NCBI GenBank assembly: GCA_041661645.1
Contig: JBAZUA010000005.1
Coordinates: forward strand, 14,829 to 78,828
Origin: Minisyncoccota bacterium
GTDB lineage: Bacteria > Patescibacteriota > Minisyncoccia > Phycocordibacterales > UBA6065
Direction: 5' to 3'
Length of the DNA stretch: 64,000 bases
A program made the position numbers and the translations under genes. How positions within the stretch are numbered: the first letter of the stretch is position 1; each line of letters starts with the position of its first letter. Positions 8,690 through 17,326 of the stretch are shown piece by piece. The notes below the pieces were generated by a model that was not told where the DNA came from, ran no database searches, and worked only from the letters and a program-made list of their open reading frames with translations.

Positions 8690-9613
8690 ATGATACATAC
8701 TTCAGAATTGGAAGCGCACGAGAGGGCATCGGCCCTCTCGCGAACGAGCATGATTCACATCCAGGACGTCTACAAGTCATACGGGCCAAGGTCAAAACCA
8801 AAGCTCGTGCTCGACAACGTGGACCTCTCGATCGCCCCCGGGGAACTGGTGACGCTCGTGGGACCCTCTGGCTGCGGCAAGTCGACCTTGTTGAAGCTCG
8901 TCCTCGGACAGGAGCTCCCGGATTCCGGGAAGCTCCTGATCGAGGCGAATCCCGCGGGGTTGGCCGACAAGCGTCGGGGGATAGTCTTCCAGCAGTATTC
9001 GCTCTATCCGCACCTTTCCGTGATCGACAACGTCGCCCTGGGCAAGAGGCTCTCTCTTCCCCTGTGGCAGCGGATCGCGGAGCGAAAGCAGATCAGGGAG
9101 GAGGCGATGTTCCAGCTCAGGAACCTGGGGCTCGAGGAGGCGATCGGAAAACTCCCTCACGAGCTCTCGGGCGGCATGCGCCAACGGGTCGCCGTCGCGC
9201 AGTCGCTCATCATGAGCCCGAAGATCATCCTCATGGACGAGCCTTTCGGGGCTCTTGATCCGGGTTCGCGCGAGCACACCCAGATCTTCCTGCTCGAGTT
9301 GTGGGAGAAATACAAGATGACCGTCATCTTCGTGACGCATGACCTCGAGGAGGCCGTGTTCCTCGGGACTCGTCTGGTCATCCTCTCCCAATATTACTCG
9401 GATGATCGAGACGATGACTGCAGGCGGGGCTCCCGGGTTATCCAGGATATCGCCCTGTCGTCGCGGGCATTGTCGACCGAGGTTAAGTCGAGTCCGGAAT
9501 TCAACGCGATGATTGATCACGTGCGCGAGATCGGCTTCAAGCCGAAACATCGCCTCCACGTGAAAGACTTCAACTTGAGTCACCCGAACTCGTTTCGGAC
9601 CCTTCCTGAGTAA
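8690..9613 (+). CDS. ABC transporter ATP-binding protein
   Basis: Walker A GPSGCGKST, signature LSGGMRQR, Walker B ILMDEPF; ATG at 8690 after AGGAG. Confidence 0.92.
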   Translation: MIHTSELEAHERASALSRTSMIHIQDVYKSYGPRSKPKLVLDNVDLSIAPGELVTLVGPSGCGKSTLLKLVLGQELPDSGKLLIEANPAGLADKRRGIVFQQYSLYPHLSVIDNVALGKRLSLPLWQRIAERKQIREEAMFQLRNLGLEEAIGKLPHELSGGMRQRVAVAQSLIMSPKIILMDEPFGALDPGSREHTQIFLLELWEKYKMTVIFVTHDLEEAVFLGTRLVILSQYYSDDRDDDCRRGSRVIQDIALSSRALSTEVKSSPEFNAMIDHVREIGFKPKHRLHVKDFNLSHPNSFRTLPE

Positions 9614-9636
9614 GGGTGGTGGTTTTTAGGTCTCTG

Positions 9637-9666
9637 GGGCCGCATGCGCAAGCATGCGGCCCTTTT
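9637..9666 (+). terminator. Intrinsic terminator closing the island
   Basis: GGGCCGCATGC-GCAA-GCATGCGGCCC + TTTT. Confidence 0.8.
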
Positions 9667-9703
9667 CTATGCCCGGGAACCCTTATCTTGTATACTGGTG
9701 CCC

Positions 9704-10993
9704 ATGAACGAGACCAAGCCCTCCACCTTCATACTCTTCGGATCGACGGGAGACCTTGCCGTCAAGAAGATATTTCCCGCCCTCGAGGCGCTGTTTTTGG
9801 CGGGCAATCCCGACATGCCGACAAAGATTATCGCAGTGTCGAGGCGTGAATGGGGTGTGGCCGATTTTCTCGCCTTTCTTTCGGAAAGCAGGGCTGTCGA
9901 TGGCAGGGGTGTTCCGTATGACGCAGGTTTCCTCGCTCTCATTGAATACGCTAAGGTGGACATCGCCGATCACAGCGGCTATGAGGCATTGGAGGCCATG
10001 GTCGAGGGTGAGGCGACGGCATACCTCTCGCTCGCCCCGCAGCATCATAAGGCGGTCATCGAGAACCTGAGGGAGGAGAACATAATCTCGCAGGGTAGGG
10101 GAAAGCTCCTCATTGAAAAGCCGTTCGGCATAGACGAGGAGTCCGCCTTCGCCCTCAACGACCTGCTGTTCGAGGTCATGAACGAGGATCAGGTTTATCG
10201 GATAGACCACTATCTCGGAAAGGACGCCCTACGTGCCCTCATGGACATACACGAGAAGACTCCGGAGTTCGATGCCATGCTTGTATCAGAAAATGTCGCC
10301 TCCATCAGGGTCAGCATGCTCGAGGGCATCGGCATATTCGGTCGCGGCGCCTCGTATGACGGCGTGGGGGCGTTTCGCGACATAGGTCAGAACCACGTCC
10401 TCGAGATGCTCGCCGTCCTCGTCGCGGACGTGCCTGAGCTCACGACCGACGCCGCGCGCGGCCATATGTGGCAGGTGGCGCGCGCGGCGGTCCTCGGCAG
10501 GCTCGCCTCGCCCCGGGACACCTGCGAGCTTCTGCGTCGTGGACAGTATGAAGGGTATCTCTCCGAAGTTGGGGTGAACCCGGGCTCAGAGACCGAGACC
10601 GCCTTTGAGGTGATTACCTCATTTTCCTCGGGAAGGCTCGCTGGCGTGCCGCTCACCCTACAGGGAGGAAAGAGGATGGGGTCCTCCGAGGTCGAGATGG
10701 AGATCATTTTCAAGGAACGCACCGAATTGCCGCGGAGCATCGTAGTACATGTGCAGCCGACTCAGCAGATTGTCACCACCGAGCAGGACGGCTCAGTCGA
10801 AACCTTCGTCATACCGAAGACGGGCGATGCCTATGCCAATGTCCTGGCGGACGCCTTCGCGGGACGGGCACGAGATTTCGTGGGAGCCGAGGAGATACAG
10901 TATCTCTGGCGCTACACGGACAGGGTTGTCGGCTGCTGGGAGAAGGTACCTTTAGAGTCGTATGGCGAGGAGAGGCCTTTTTTGCTACAGTAG
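9704..10993 (+). CDS. zwf: Glucose-6-phosphate 1-dehydrogenase
   Basis: FGSTGDLA, IEKPFG, YRIDHYLGK, RDIGQNH; ATG at 9704. Confidence 0.9.
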   Translation: MNETKPSTFILFGSTGDLAVKKIFPALEALFLAGNPDMPTKIIAVSRREWGVADFLAFLSESRAVDGRGVPYDAGFLALIEYAKVDIADHSGYEALEAMVEGEATAYLSLAPQHHKAVIENLREENIISQGRGKLLIEKPFGIDEESAFALNDLLFEVMNEDQVYRIDHYLGKDALRALMDIHEKTPEFDAMLVSENVASIRVSMLEGIGIFGRGASYDGVGAFRDIGQNHVLEMLAVLVADVPELTTDAARGHMWQVARAAVLGRLASPRDTCELLRRGQYEGYLSEVGVNPGSETETAFEVITSFSSGRLAGVPLTLQGGKRMGSSEVEMEIIFKERTELPRSIVVHVQPTQQIVTTEQDGSVETFVIPKTGDAYANVLADAFAGRARDFVGAEEIQYLWRYTDRVVGCWEKVPLESYGEERPFLLQ

Positions 10994-11051
10994 CGCGGCA
11001 TCAAGGCGACGTTCGCACGCATCACAATTCACACACATCACATAAAACAAC

Positions 11052-11282
11052 ATGTTCAAACGATTTCTCATGAAGCAGGCGATGAAGTCACAGCTCAAGG
11101 ATGTTCCCAAGGAACAGCAGGAGAAGATACTCGACCTCGTCGAGCGTAACCCTGACTTCTTCGAGAAGCTCGCAAAGGAGCTTCAGGCTGGTCTCAAGTC
11201 GGGCAAGGACCAGCAGACGGTCGCCATGGAGATCATGGCGCGGCACAAGTTCGAGCTCGCCAAGCTCATGGGTAAGAAGTAG
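11052..11282 (+). CDS. Small helical hypothetical protein
   Basis: Host-like codon usage; fills the gap between genes. Confidence 0.7.
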   Translation: MFKRFLMKQAMKSQLKDVPKEQQEKILDLVERNPDFFEKLAKELQAGLKSGKDQQTVAMEIMARHKFELAKLMGKK

Positions 11283-11298
11283 TCTCAAAATAAAATAC

Positions 11299-11886
11299 AT
11301 GGCCCGTACCAAGAAAATATTCCTACTGGTGGCAAATCCCGATGCGGACTCCCTCTCGACGGCACTCGCCCAGTCATACGCCGACGGCGCCCGCGCCGCG
11401 GGTCACGAGGTGCGCCTGACCCAGATAAGCGAGATGAGGTTCGATCCGATCCTGCACAAGGGATACAAGGTCATTCAGCAGTATGAGCCCGACCTCATCA
11501 AGTTCCAGGAAGACGTTCGCTGGTGCGAGCATTTCGTGACCGTGTTCCCGGTATGGTGGTCTGATATGCCCGCATCGCTCAAGGGCCTTATCGATCGTGT
11601 CTGGATGCCTGGCTTCGCATTCAACTTCAGGAAAGGCATCATCCCCGGGTGGTACCGACGCCTCAAGGGCAGGAGCGCACGGGTCATCGTGACCTCCGAC
11701 ACCCACCCGCTCATGCTCTGGATCCTGTTCGGCGGAAACATCAACAGCTATGTCCGCGGCGCGCTGAGATTCTCGGGTTTTGCCCCTCTGCGAAAGACCT
11801 GGTTTTCGGGCATGCGAAAGCTTTCGCCCGAGAAGGCACAGAGAATGATTCGAAAGATGGGTATGATGGGGAGGAAGGCGAGATAA
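11299..11886 (+). CDS. Flavodoxin-fold NAD(P)H quinone oxidoreductase
   Basis: ANPDADS..., FPVWWSDMPASLKGLIDRV. Confidence 0.88.
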   Translation: MARTKKIFLLVANPDADSLSTALAQSYADGARAAGHEVRLTQISEMRFDPILHKGYKVIQQYEPDLIKFQEDVRWCEHFVTVFPVWWSDMPASLKGLIDRVWMPGFAFNFRKGIIPGWYRRLKGRSARVIVTSDTHPLMLWILFGGNINSYVRGALRFSGFAPLRKTWFSGMRKLSPEKAQRMIRKMGMMGRKAR

Positions 11887-11892
11887 AATAAG

Positions 11893-11921
11893 AAAGCCGC
11901 CCTGATGCCAGGGCGGCTTTT
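11893..11921. terminator. Bidirectional terminator
   Basis: AAAGCCGCCCTG-ATGC-CAGGGCGGCTTTT between convergent genes. Confidence 0.8.
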
Positions 11922-11934
11922 GTGTGGGCGGCGA

Positions 11935-12318
11935 CTACGCCGCCTTGAGCGAGAGGCGTCCAGTCGGCATTGTCTCGGTGCCTAGAAGGAACCTGTCGAA
12001 GAGCCTGAGCTCGAACTGAAGGCCTGTGCCGTCAGGCGTGAAATTGGTCTTGAGCGTCAGGTCTTTGGGCAGAGTCTCTTTGACGTATTCATGTCCCACA
12101 TTGTCGAGCATCTGGCGATTCCAGAGACTTTGCGGAATGAGCATCTCGAATGTCACCGTAGACACGGTCCGCTTTCCTTCGATCAGGTTGAGTTGAACGC
12201 GAACGTCTCGATCCTTCTTGTCCTTGCCGATGAGGGTAAAGCCGAAAGTCAGTCGAAGGTTCTCTGAGAAAAGGTCCTTGATGCCCTCGGGAAGGGCAAT
12301 AGTGCTGGTTGTCTTCAT
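11935..12318 (-). CDS. Orphan hypothetical protein
   Basis: Has its own promoter, TTGACA(12385-12380)-N17-TATAAA, and a terminator. Confidence 0.65.
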   Translation of the reverse strand: MKTTSTIALPEGIKDLFSENLRLTFGFTLIGKDKKDRDVRVQLNLIEGKRTVSTVTFEMLIPQSLWNRQMLDNVGHEYVKETLPKDLTLKTNFTPDGTGLQFELRLFDRFLLGTETMPTGRLSLKAA

Positions 12319-12440
12319 AAAATGAGCGGGAGTTTCTGCGGGTTGGGTTTGTTTACTTTATACCTCTTTTCGAATCAAGTGTCAATTATTTCGCGAAGGG
12401 TCGATTGTGCGCTATAGTTTGTTCACCATTCTCTCCATTC

Positions 12441-13184
12441 ATGAATAAAAAAACGTTCCTTATCGCATTCGCCGCGTCCTTCGCCCTCGCGTTGCTCGGC
12501 GGCGGTCTGTACCGTCAGTCGGCCGCCGCCGATATTTCAAATGCCGCGGCCGCCGCGAGCCCGCTTTTGGTTTCACCCGCGAGCGCGACGGAAATATTTC
12601 GGGGCGACATTTCAAAAAGGCAGGTGATATTCACCTTTGATGCTGGCGGTTCGACCGAGTCTGCCGACAGGGTCCTCGAGACACTCGCCAAGCACCAGGT
12701 GCGCGGCACGTTCTTCGTCACGGGGGAAATGGTCGAATCTCACCCCGACCTCGTTGCTCGCGTCAAGGCTGGCGGGCACGAAATATTCAATCACACCTAT
12801 GACCATCCGAATCTAACAATGGTTTCGGATGAGGGGATAGCAGAAGAGCTTAATAAGATGAAGAAATCGCTCGAGAGTGTCGTTGGTACCTCCTCCATGC
12901 CTTATTTCAGGGCTCCGTATGGCGAACGTGACGTCCGGGTGAGGGAAGTGGCCGCTCGGGCCGGGTATCAGTCTGTCTATTGGACTGTGGACGCCCTGGA
13001 TTGGGCGGTGGGGCGAGGTGAGACCGCGTCACGGGTAAGGGAAAGGATCCTGTCGTCCCTCGCCCCGGGGAATATCTACCTCATGCATGTGGGGGACGGC
13101 ATAACAGGCGAGATTCTCGACGAGGTGTTTACCTCCATAGAGTCCAGGGGGTATGCGATAGTGTCTTTAACCCAAGGTCTATGA
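12441..13184 (+). CDS. Polysaccharide deacetylase (NodB/CE4)
   Basis: TFDAG, NHTYDHP, FRAPYG, LMH; N-terminal signal/TM. Confidence 0.88.
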   Translation: MNKKTFLIAFAASFALALLGGGLYRQSAAADISNAAAAASPLLVSPASATEIFRGDISKRQVIFTFDAGGSTESADRVLETLAKHQVRGTFFVTGEMVESHPDLVARVKAGGHEIFNHTYDHPNLTMVSDEGIAEELNKMKKSLESVVGTSSMPYFRAPYGERDVRVREVAARAGYQSVYWTVDALDWAVGRGETASRVRERILSSLAPGNIYLMHVGDGITGEILDEVFTSIESRGYAIVSLTQGL

Positions 13185-14326
13185 AAGAGATACTCTCCTT
13201 TTTCCTCGCGTTTCTGACCGCCACGAGTTCCCCTATTGCGTCGATGACCCTGCCCGTGCGCGTAAACCCTGCCATTGCTCACGACAAGGTTCGCGTCCTC
13301 ATCGTTCCCGGTCACGAGCCTGTCTCGGGCGAGGGCGCCCGATTTGGCAGCATAGAGGAGCGTAATCTTGTGGTCGAGATCGGTCAGGACCTCGAGCGAT
13401 TTCTCAACGCCGATCCGGACTATCAGGCATTTATCACCCGTGACCTGGACTCATGGAACCCCGCCTTTGCGGATTATTTCAAGGACAACTGGGGTGACAT
13501 CTCCTCCTGGCAGAAGGCCTCAAAGAAGAGCGCGTCAGAGGCCTTGCCCATAGGATCTTCAAGTACGGTTACGGTAATCCATAATCCCGCGCCGAACGAT
13601 GTTGCGTTGCGCCTCTATGGCATCACCAAGTGGTCGAACGAGAATGACATCGACCTGATGCTGCACCTTCATCTGAACGATTATCCCGGACATGGCAGGA
13701 AGACTCCGGGAAAATACTCCGGTTTCGTCATGTACAGCCCAGCCCTGCAGTATGGCAACAGCTCCTCGACCGATGCCGTGGCGCACGCGATATATGAGCG
13801 CCTCGCCGCCTACAATCCAAAGAGCAACCTTCCCGTCGAGTCAAAGGGAATAATCGACGACCCCGAGCTCATCGCCGTCGGGGCACATAACACGTCAAAG
13901 GCGGCAAGTCTCGTCATTGAGTACGAGTATCTCTATAGGCCGCAGCTCACCAGTCCCGACGTGAGAAGCCTCGCCCTGAAGGACTTTGCTTATCAGACCT
14001 ATCTGGGGCTCAAGGACGCTTTCGCCGAGGGTGCTTCATCGACAAGGCTTTCGTACGACCCATCGATCTTGTATGACTGGTCCACGCCCGTCGTCGGCGC
14101 CGCATCAGACTCCCGGGACATCTATGCGCTGCAGACAGCCCTCATCATGGCCGGCGAATATCCGCCGAAAGGGAGGACGGGAAATGACTGTCCCCACAGT
14201 GGCTCCCTCGGCCCATGCACTAGTTCGGCCCTCGCCGCATTTCAAAAGAAGCAGGGCATAGCGGGCGAGGGTATCGGCGGGGCAATGACCTTCGAGGCGC
14301 TCAAGGCCGTATATGACGGAAAATAG
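13181..14326 (+). CDS. N-acetylmuramoyl-L-alanine amidase-like protein with C-terminal peptidoglycan-binding domain
   Basis: VPGH, ERNL, HLHLN, VIE zinc-amidase residues; C-terminal LQ..L...GPCTSSALAAFQ. Confidence 0.75.
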   Translation: MKEILSFFLAFLTATSSPIASMTLPVRVNPAIAHDKVRVLIVPGHEPVSGEGARFGSIEERNLVVEIGQDLERFLNADPDYQAFITRDLDSWNPAFADYFKDNWGDISSWQKASKKSASEALPIGSSSTVTVIHNPAPNDVALRLYGITKWSNENDIDLMLHLHLNDYPGHGRKTPGKYSGFVMYSPALQYGNSSSTDAVAHAIYERLAAYNPKSNLPVESKGIIDDPELIAVGAHNTSKAASLVIEYEYLYRPQLTSPDVRSLALKDFAYQTYLGLKDAFAEGASSTRLSYDPSILYDWSTPVVGAASDSRDIYALQTALIMAGEYPPKGRTGNDCPHSGSLGPCTSSALAAFQKKQGIAGEGIGGAMTFEALKAVYDGK

Positions 14327-14372
14327 GCCTCTCAGTTGAAATTAGGCCCGATAACGAGTAGTATGGGCACCT

Positions 14373-15479
14373 ATGGCACTATCAATCGGCATCGTCGGGC
14401 TCCCCAACGTCGGTAAATCAACACTTTTCAACGCGCTCACCAAAAAGGGCGTGCTTATTGCCAATTATCCTTTCGCAACCATCGACCCGTCCGTCGGCGT
14501 GGTTGCCGTTCCTGACGAGCGTCTCTACAAGCTCGCCGAATTTTCAAAGACTAAGAAAATAGTCCCCGCCGCAGTCGAGTTTGTGGACATCGCTGGCCTG
14601 GTGAAGGGCGCGTCCGACGGCGAGGGCCTCGGAAACAAGTTCCTCTCGAACATTCGTGAGACCGACGCCATCGCCGAGGTCGTCCGCATCTTCGAGGACA
14701 CCGACATCATCCATGTCGACGGCAAGATAGAGCCGATGAAGGACATCGAGGTCATCAACCTGGAGCTCATCATGGCCGACCTCCAGACCGTCACCAAGCG
14801 CCATGCTAATCTGGGCAAGGAAATTCGTTCGGGCAAGAAGGAGGTGCTCATGGAGGCCGCCATGCTCGAGCGCGTGCAGAAGGCTTTGGAGGCGGGACAG
14901 CTCGCGTCGACCGTGCCCGTCGACGAGTACGAGGCCCCGATGCTCCGCTCGCTTCATCTCCTCACCTCAAAGAAAATTCTTTATATCCTGAACAAGAAGT
15001 CAGGCGGCGTTAATTTGGACGAGCCAAAGGATGGTATCGTGGACGAACGTTATGTGAGACTTATGGACTTCATGAAGTCGAGCGGATCGAGCCATGTCAT
15101 CGTCGATGCGGGCATTGAGAACGACGTGCGCGACATGACCGAGGCCGAGAAGACCGAGATGCGCGACCTCGGCGGCATCGACAACGGCATCGACAGCCTC
15201 ATCAAGAAGAGCTACGAGATGCTCGGCCTCATGACCTATTTCACGACCGGCGAGATCGAGACCCGCGGCTGGACCATTCAAAAAGGCTGGACCGCCCCTA
15301 TGGCAGGCACTGCCATTCACGGAGACTTCAAGGACAGGTTCATCAAGGCCGAGGTCATCGAATGGGACAAGCTCATCGCCTCGGGATCGTTCGCCAACGC
15401 TCGCGAGAAGGGACTCATACGAACCGAGGGGAAGGAATATATAGTGAAGGATGGGGAGGTGATGGAGTTTAAGATTTAA
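14373..15479 (+). CDS. ychF: Redox-regulated ATPase YchF
   Basis: GIVGLPNVGKSTLFNALT, DIAGLVKGAS, EGKEYIVKDG. Confidence 0.96.
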   Translation: MALSIGIVGLPNVGKSTLFNALTKKGVLIANYPFATIDPSVGVVAVPDERLYKLAEFSKTKKIVPAAVEFVDIAGLVKGASDGEGLGNKFLSNIRETDAIAEVVRIFEDTDIIHVDGKIEPMKDIEVINLELIMADLQTVTKRHANLGKEIRSGKKEVLMEAAMLERVQKALEAGQLASTVPVDEYEAPMLRSLHLLTSKKILYILNKKSGGVNLDEPKDGIVDERYVRLMDFMKSSGSSHVIVDAGIENDVRDMTEAEKTEMRDLGGIDNGIDSLIKKSYEMLGLMTYFTTGEIETRGWTIQKGWTAPMAGTAIHGDFKDRFIKAEVIEWDKLIASGSFANAREKGLIRTEGKEYIVKDGEVMEFKI

Positions 15480-15530
15480 ACAAAAGACCGACAACCATTT
15501 CTGGCTGCCGGTCGATGACGGTCTTGGAAT

Positions 15531-15824
15531 TCAACTGGACAAACGCACACATGTCAGGAACATGCCTCCGAATGTGTTTACGACTATGAGTATGTAACAA
15601 CTAATAAGCGTTACAACCACATCGGCCGTTGGCAATGGAAACTTGTTGCGGGCGTTACGTTTGTTATCCAGAGGGTATCGTATGTCGATTGGACACGTTC
15701 GACGATACTCGTCCTGGATAGCCCAGTAACTTTTTACCCAAGGAATCCGTGGAATTAACCACGAGATCAAGAAGGCCAAAAGTCCACCAAGGAAGGTCGG
15801 GATTAGAGCTTGAATGATCATCAT
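15531..15824 (-). CDS. Orphan two-TM membrane protein
   Basis: AT-richer ORF with promoter TTGACA(15887-15882)-N17-TAATGT. Confidence 0.55.
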   Translation of the reverse strand: MMIIQALIPTFLGGLLAFLISWLIPRIPWVKSYWAIQDEYRRTCPIDIRYPLDNKRNARNKFPLPTADVVVTLISCYILIVVNTFGGMFLTCVRLSS

Positions 15825-16050
15825 AAATCACCTTTCGGGTTGATTGTTTACTGAAGATACATTAACATGTATCAAGTAATCTGTCAACACAGAAGACAGT
15901 GGTCTCATAGAGTTTAGTATCTAGCGAAAAGCCCCCCCCATTTGGGGGGCCTTTTCGACGGTGCATAACTTCCTTGTTGCCCCTTGCCACGTTGATATAA
16001 TTAATGGGTAAAAGTCGCGGTAGTCATTATCAGCAATAATCATCATTCGT

Positions 16051-16299
16051 ATGAAAATTTTGCATAAAATCGCATCAGTGCTCGTCTGGGTCGGTGCCCT
16101 CAACTGGGGACTCGTCGGCATCGGCAGCTTCTTCTCGGGAGACTGGAATGTCGTTCATGCCATCCTCGGCGGCTCCTTGACGCTCGAGAACCTCGTCTAT
16201 GTTTTCGTTGGTGCCTCAGCCGTATATGCTGCCGCGACCCACAAGTCGAGCTGCAAGGACTGTCAGGTCGACGCCCCAGAGCAGTCTCCGACCATGTAG
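16051..16299 (+). CDS. DUF378 family membrane protein
   Basis: LVWVGALNWGLVG...VYVFVGASA. Confidence 0.85.
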   Translation: MKILHKIASVLVWVGALNWGLVGIGSFFSGDWNVVHAILGGSLTLENLVYVFVGASAVYAAATHKSSCKDCQVDAPEQSPTM

Positions 16300-16382
16300 T
16301 CTGTCATTTTGATCCGATTCATATCAGTATAGAAACGCCTCAATCAGTTGAGGTGTTTCTATTTTAGACGTATGATAAGGCC

Positions 16383-17321
16383 ATGAACAAGCCACAAACA
16401 ACCCCAAAGGACTTCTTTCTCTATGTCGGAGCAATCATAGCCCTGTATGTGAGCGCGGGAAGCCTTCTCGCCGTCCTCTTTTCGATAATCGGGGCCATAT
16501 TCCCGGACGCCGTTGCCAGATCATATGACTATTACAACGGCGGGATGAGATTCGCCATCGCCTCCCTCATCATCATCTTTCCGATGTATATCGCCCTCTC
16601 GTGGATCATCCGTCGGGACATCGTGGCCAATCCCGAGAAGCGCGAGCTGTCCGTGCGCAAGTGGCTCGTCTATCTGACCCTCTTCGTCACGGGCCTCGTC
16701 GTCGTGGGAGACCTTGTCACCGTGCTCAACGTGTTTCTGGGCGGCGAGGTCACCGTCCGCTTCATCGCCAAGGTCATCGCTACCCTCGTCGTCTCTGGCG
16801 CAATCTTTGGATACTATCTCTATGACATCAGGCGATCGGCCGACGAGAACAAGAGGGTCTCTCGAATCATCGTCGTCGCCTCTGCCGCGTTCGTCCTCGG
16901 CACGCTCGTCTGGGGCTTCGCCGTCATGGGTTCGCCGTCAAAGGCCCGAAACCTTCGATTCGACGACACCCGCACGAGCGACCTCCAGAGCATTCAGTGG
17001 CAGATTATAAACGTCTGGCAGCAGAAGGGCGCGCTTCCGGCCCAGCTCTCTGACTTGAACGACTCCCTGTCATACTTCAGCCTGCCGATCGACCCAGAGA
17101 CGGGTGCTTCCTATGTGTACGAGAAGACCGCCGCGAAGGCGTTCAAGCTCTGCGCCACCTTCGCACTGGGCACCGCTGACGGGGCGGCAAGCGGCGTATC
17201 GGCATCGGTCGTCAGGCCGTACGGGGTGACCGACACCAATTGGAAGCATTCCGCCGGGACGCACTGTTTCGAACGCACCATTGACGCGGCCCTCTATCCC
17301 GTGAACGCAAAGGCCATATAG
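16383..17321 (+). CDS. Multi-TM hypothetical protein (DUF5671-like, CPR-typical)
   Basis: KDFFLY, RKWLVYLTLF, GSP..R..RFD..R..DL; pilin-like C-terminal region. Confidence 0.7.
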   Translation: MNKPQTTPKDFFLYVGAIIALYVSAGSLLAVLFSIIGAIFPDAVARSYDYYNGGMRFAIASLIIIFPMYIALSWIIRRDIVANPEKRELSVRKWLVYLTLFVTGLVVVGDLVTVLNVFLGGEVTVRFIAKVIATLVVSGAIFGYYLYDIRRSADENKRVSRIIVVASAAFVLGTLVWGFAVMGSPSKARNLRFDDTRTSDLQSIQWQIINVWQQKGALPAQLSDLNDSLSYFSLPIDPETGASYVYEKTAAKAFKLCATFALGTADGAASGVSASVVRPYGVTDTNWKHSAGTHCFERTIDAALYPVNAKAI

Positions 17322-17326
17322 TCCCC

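Noticed and set aside
1488-9666. Integron cassette array
   Set aside because: The inter-gene hairpins are ordinary terminators without attC R-box ends (RYYYAAC/GTTRRRY), and no integron integrase is present
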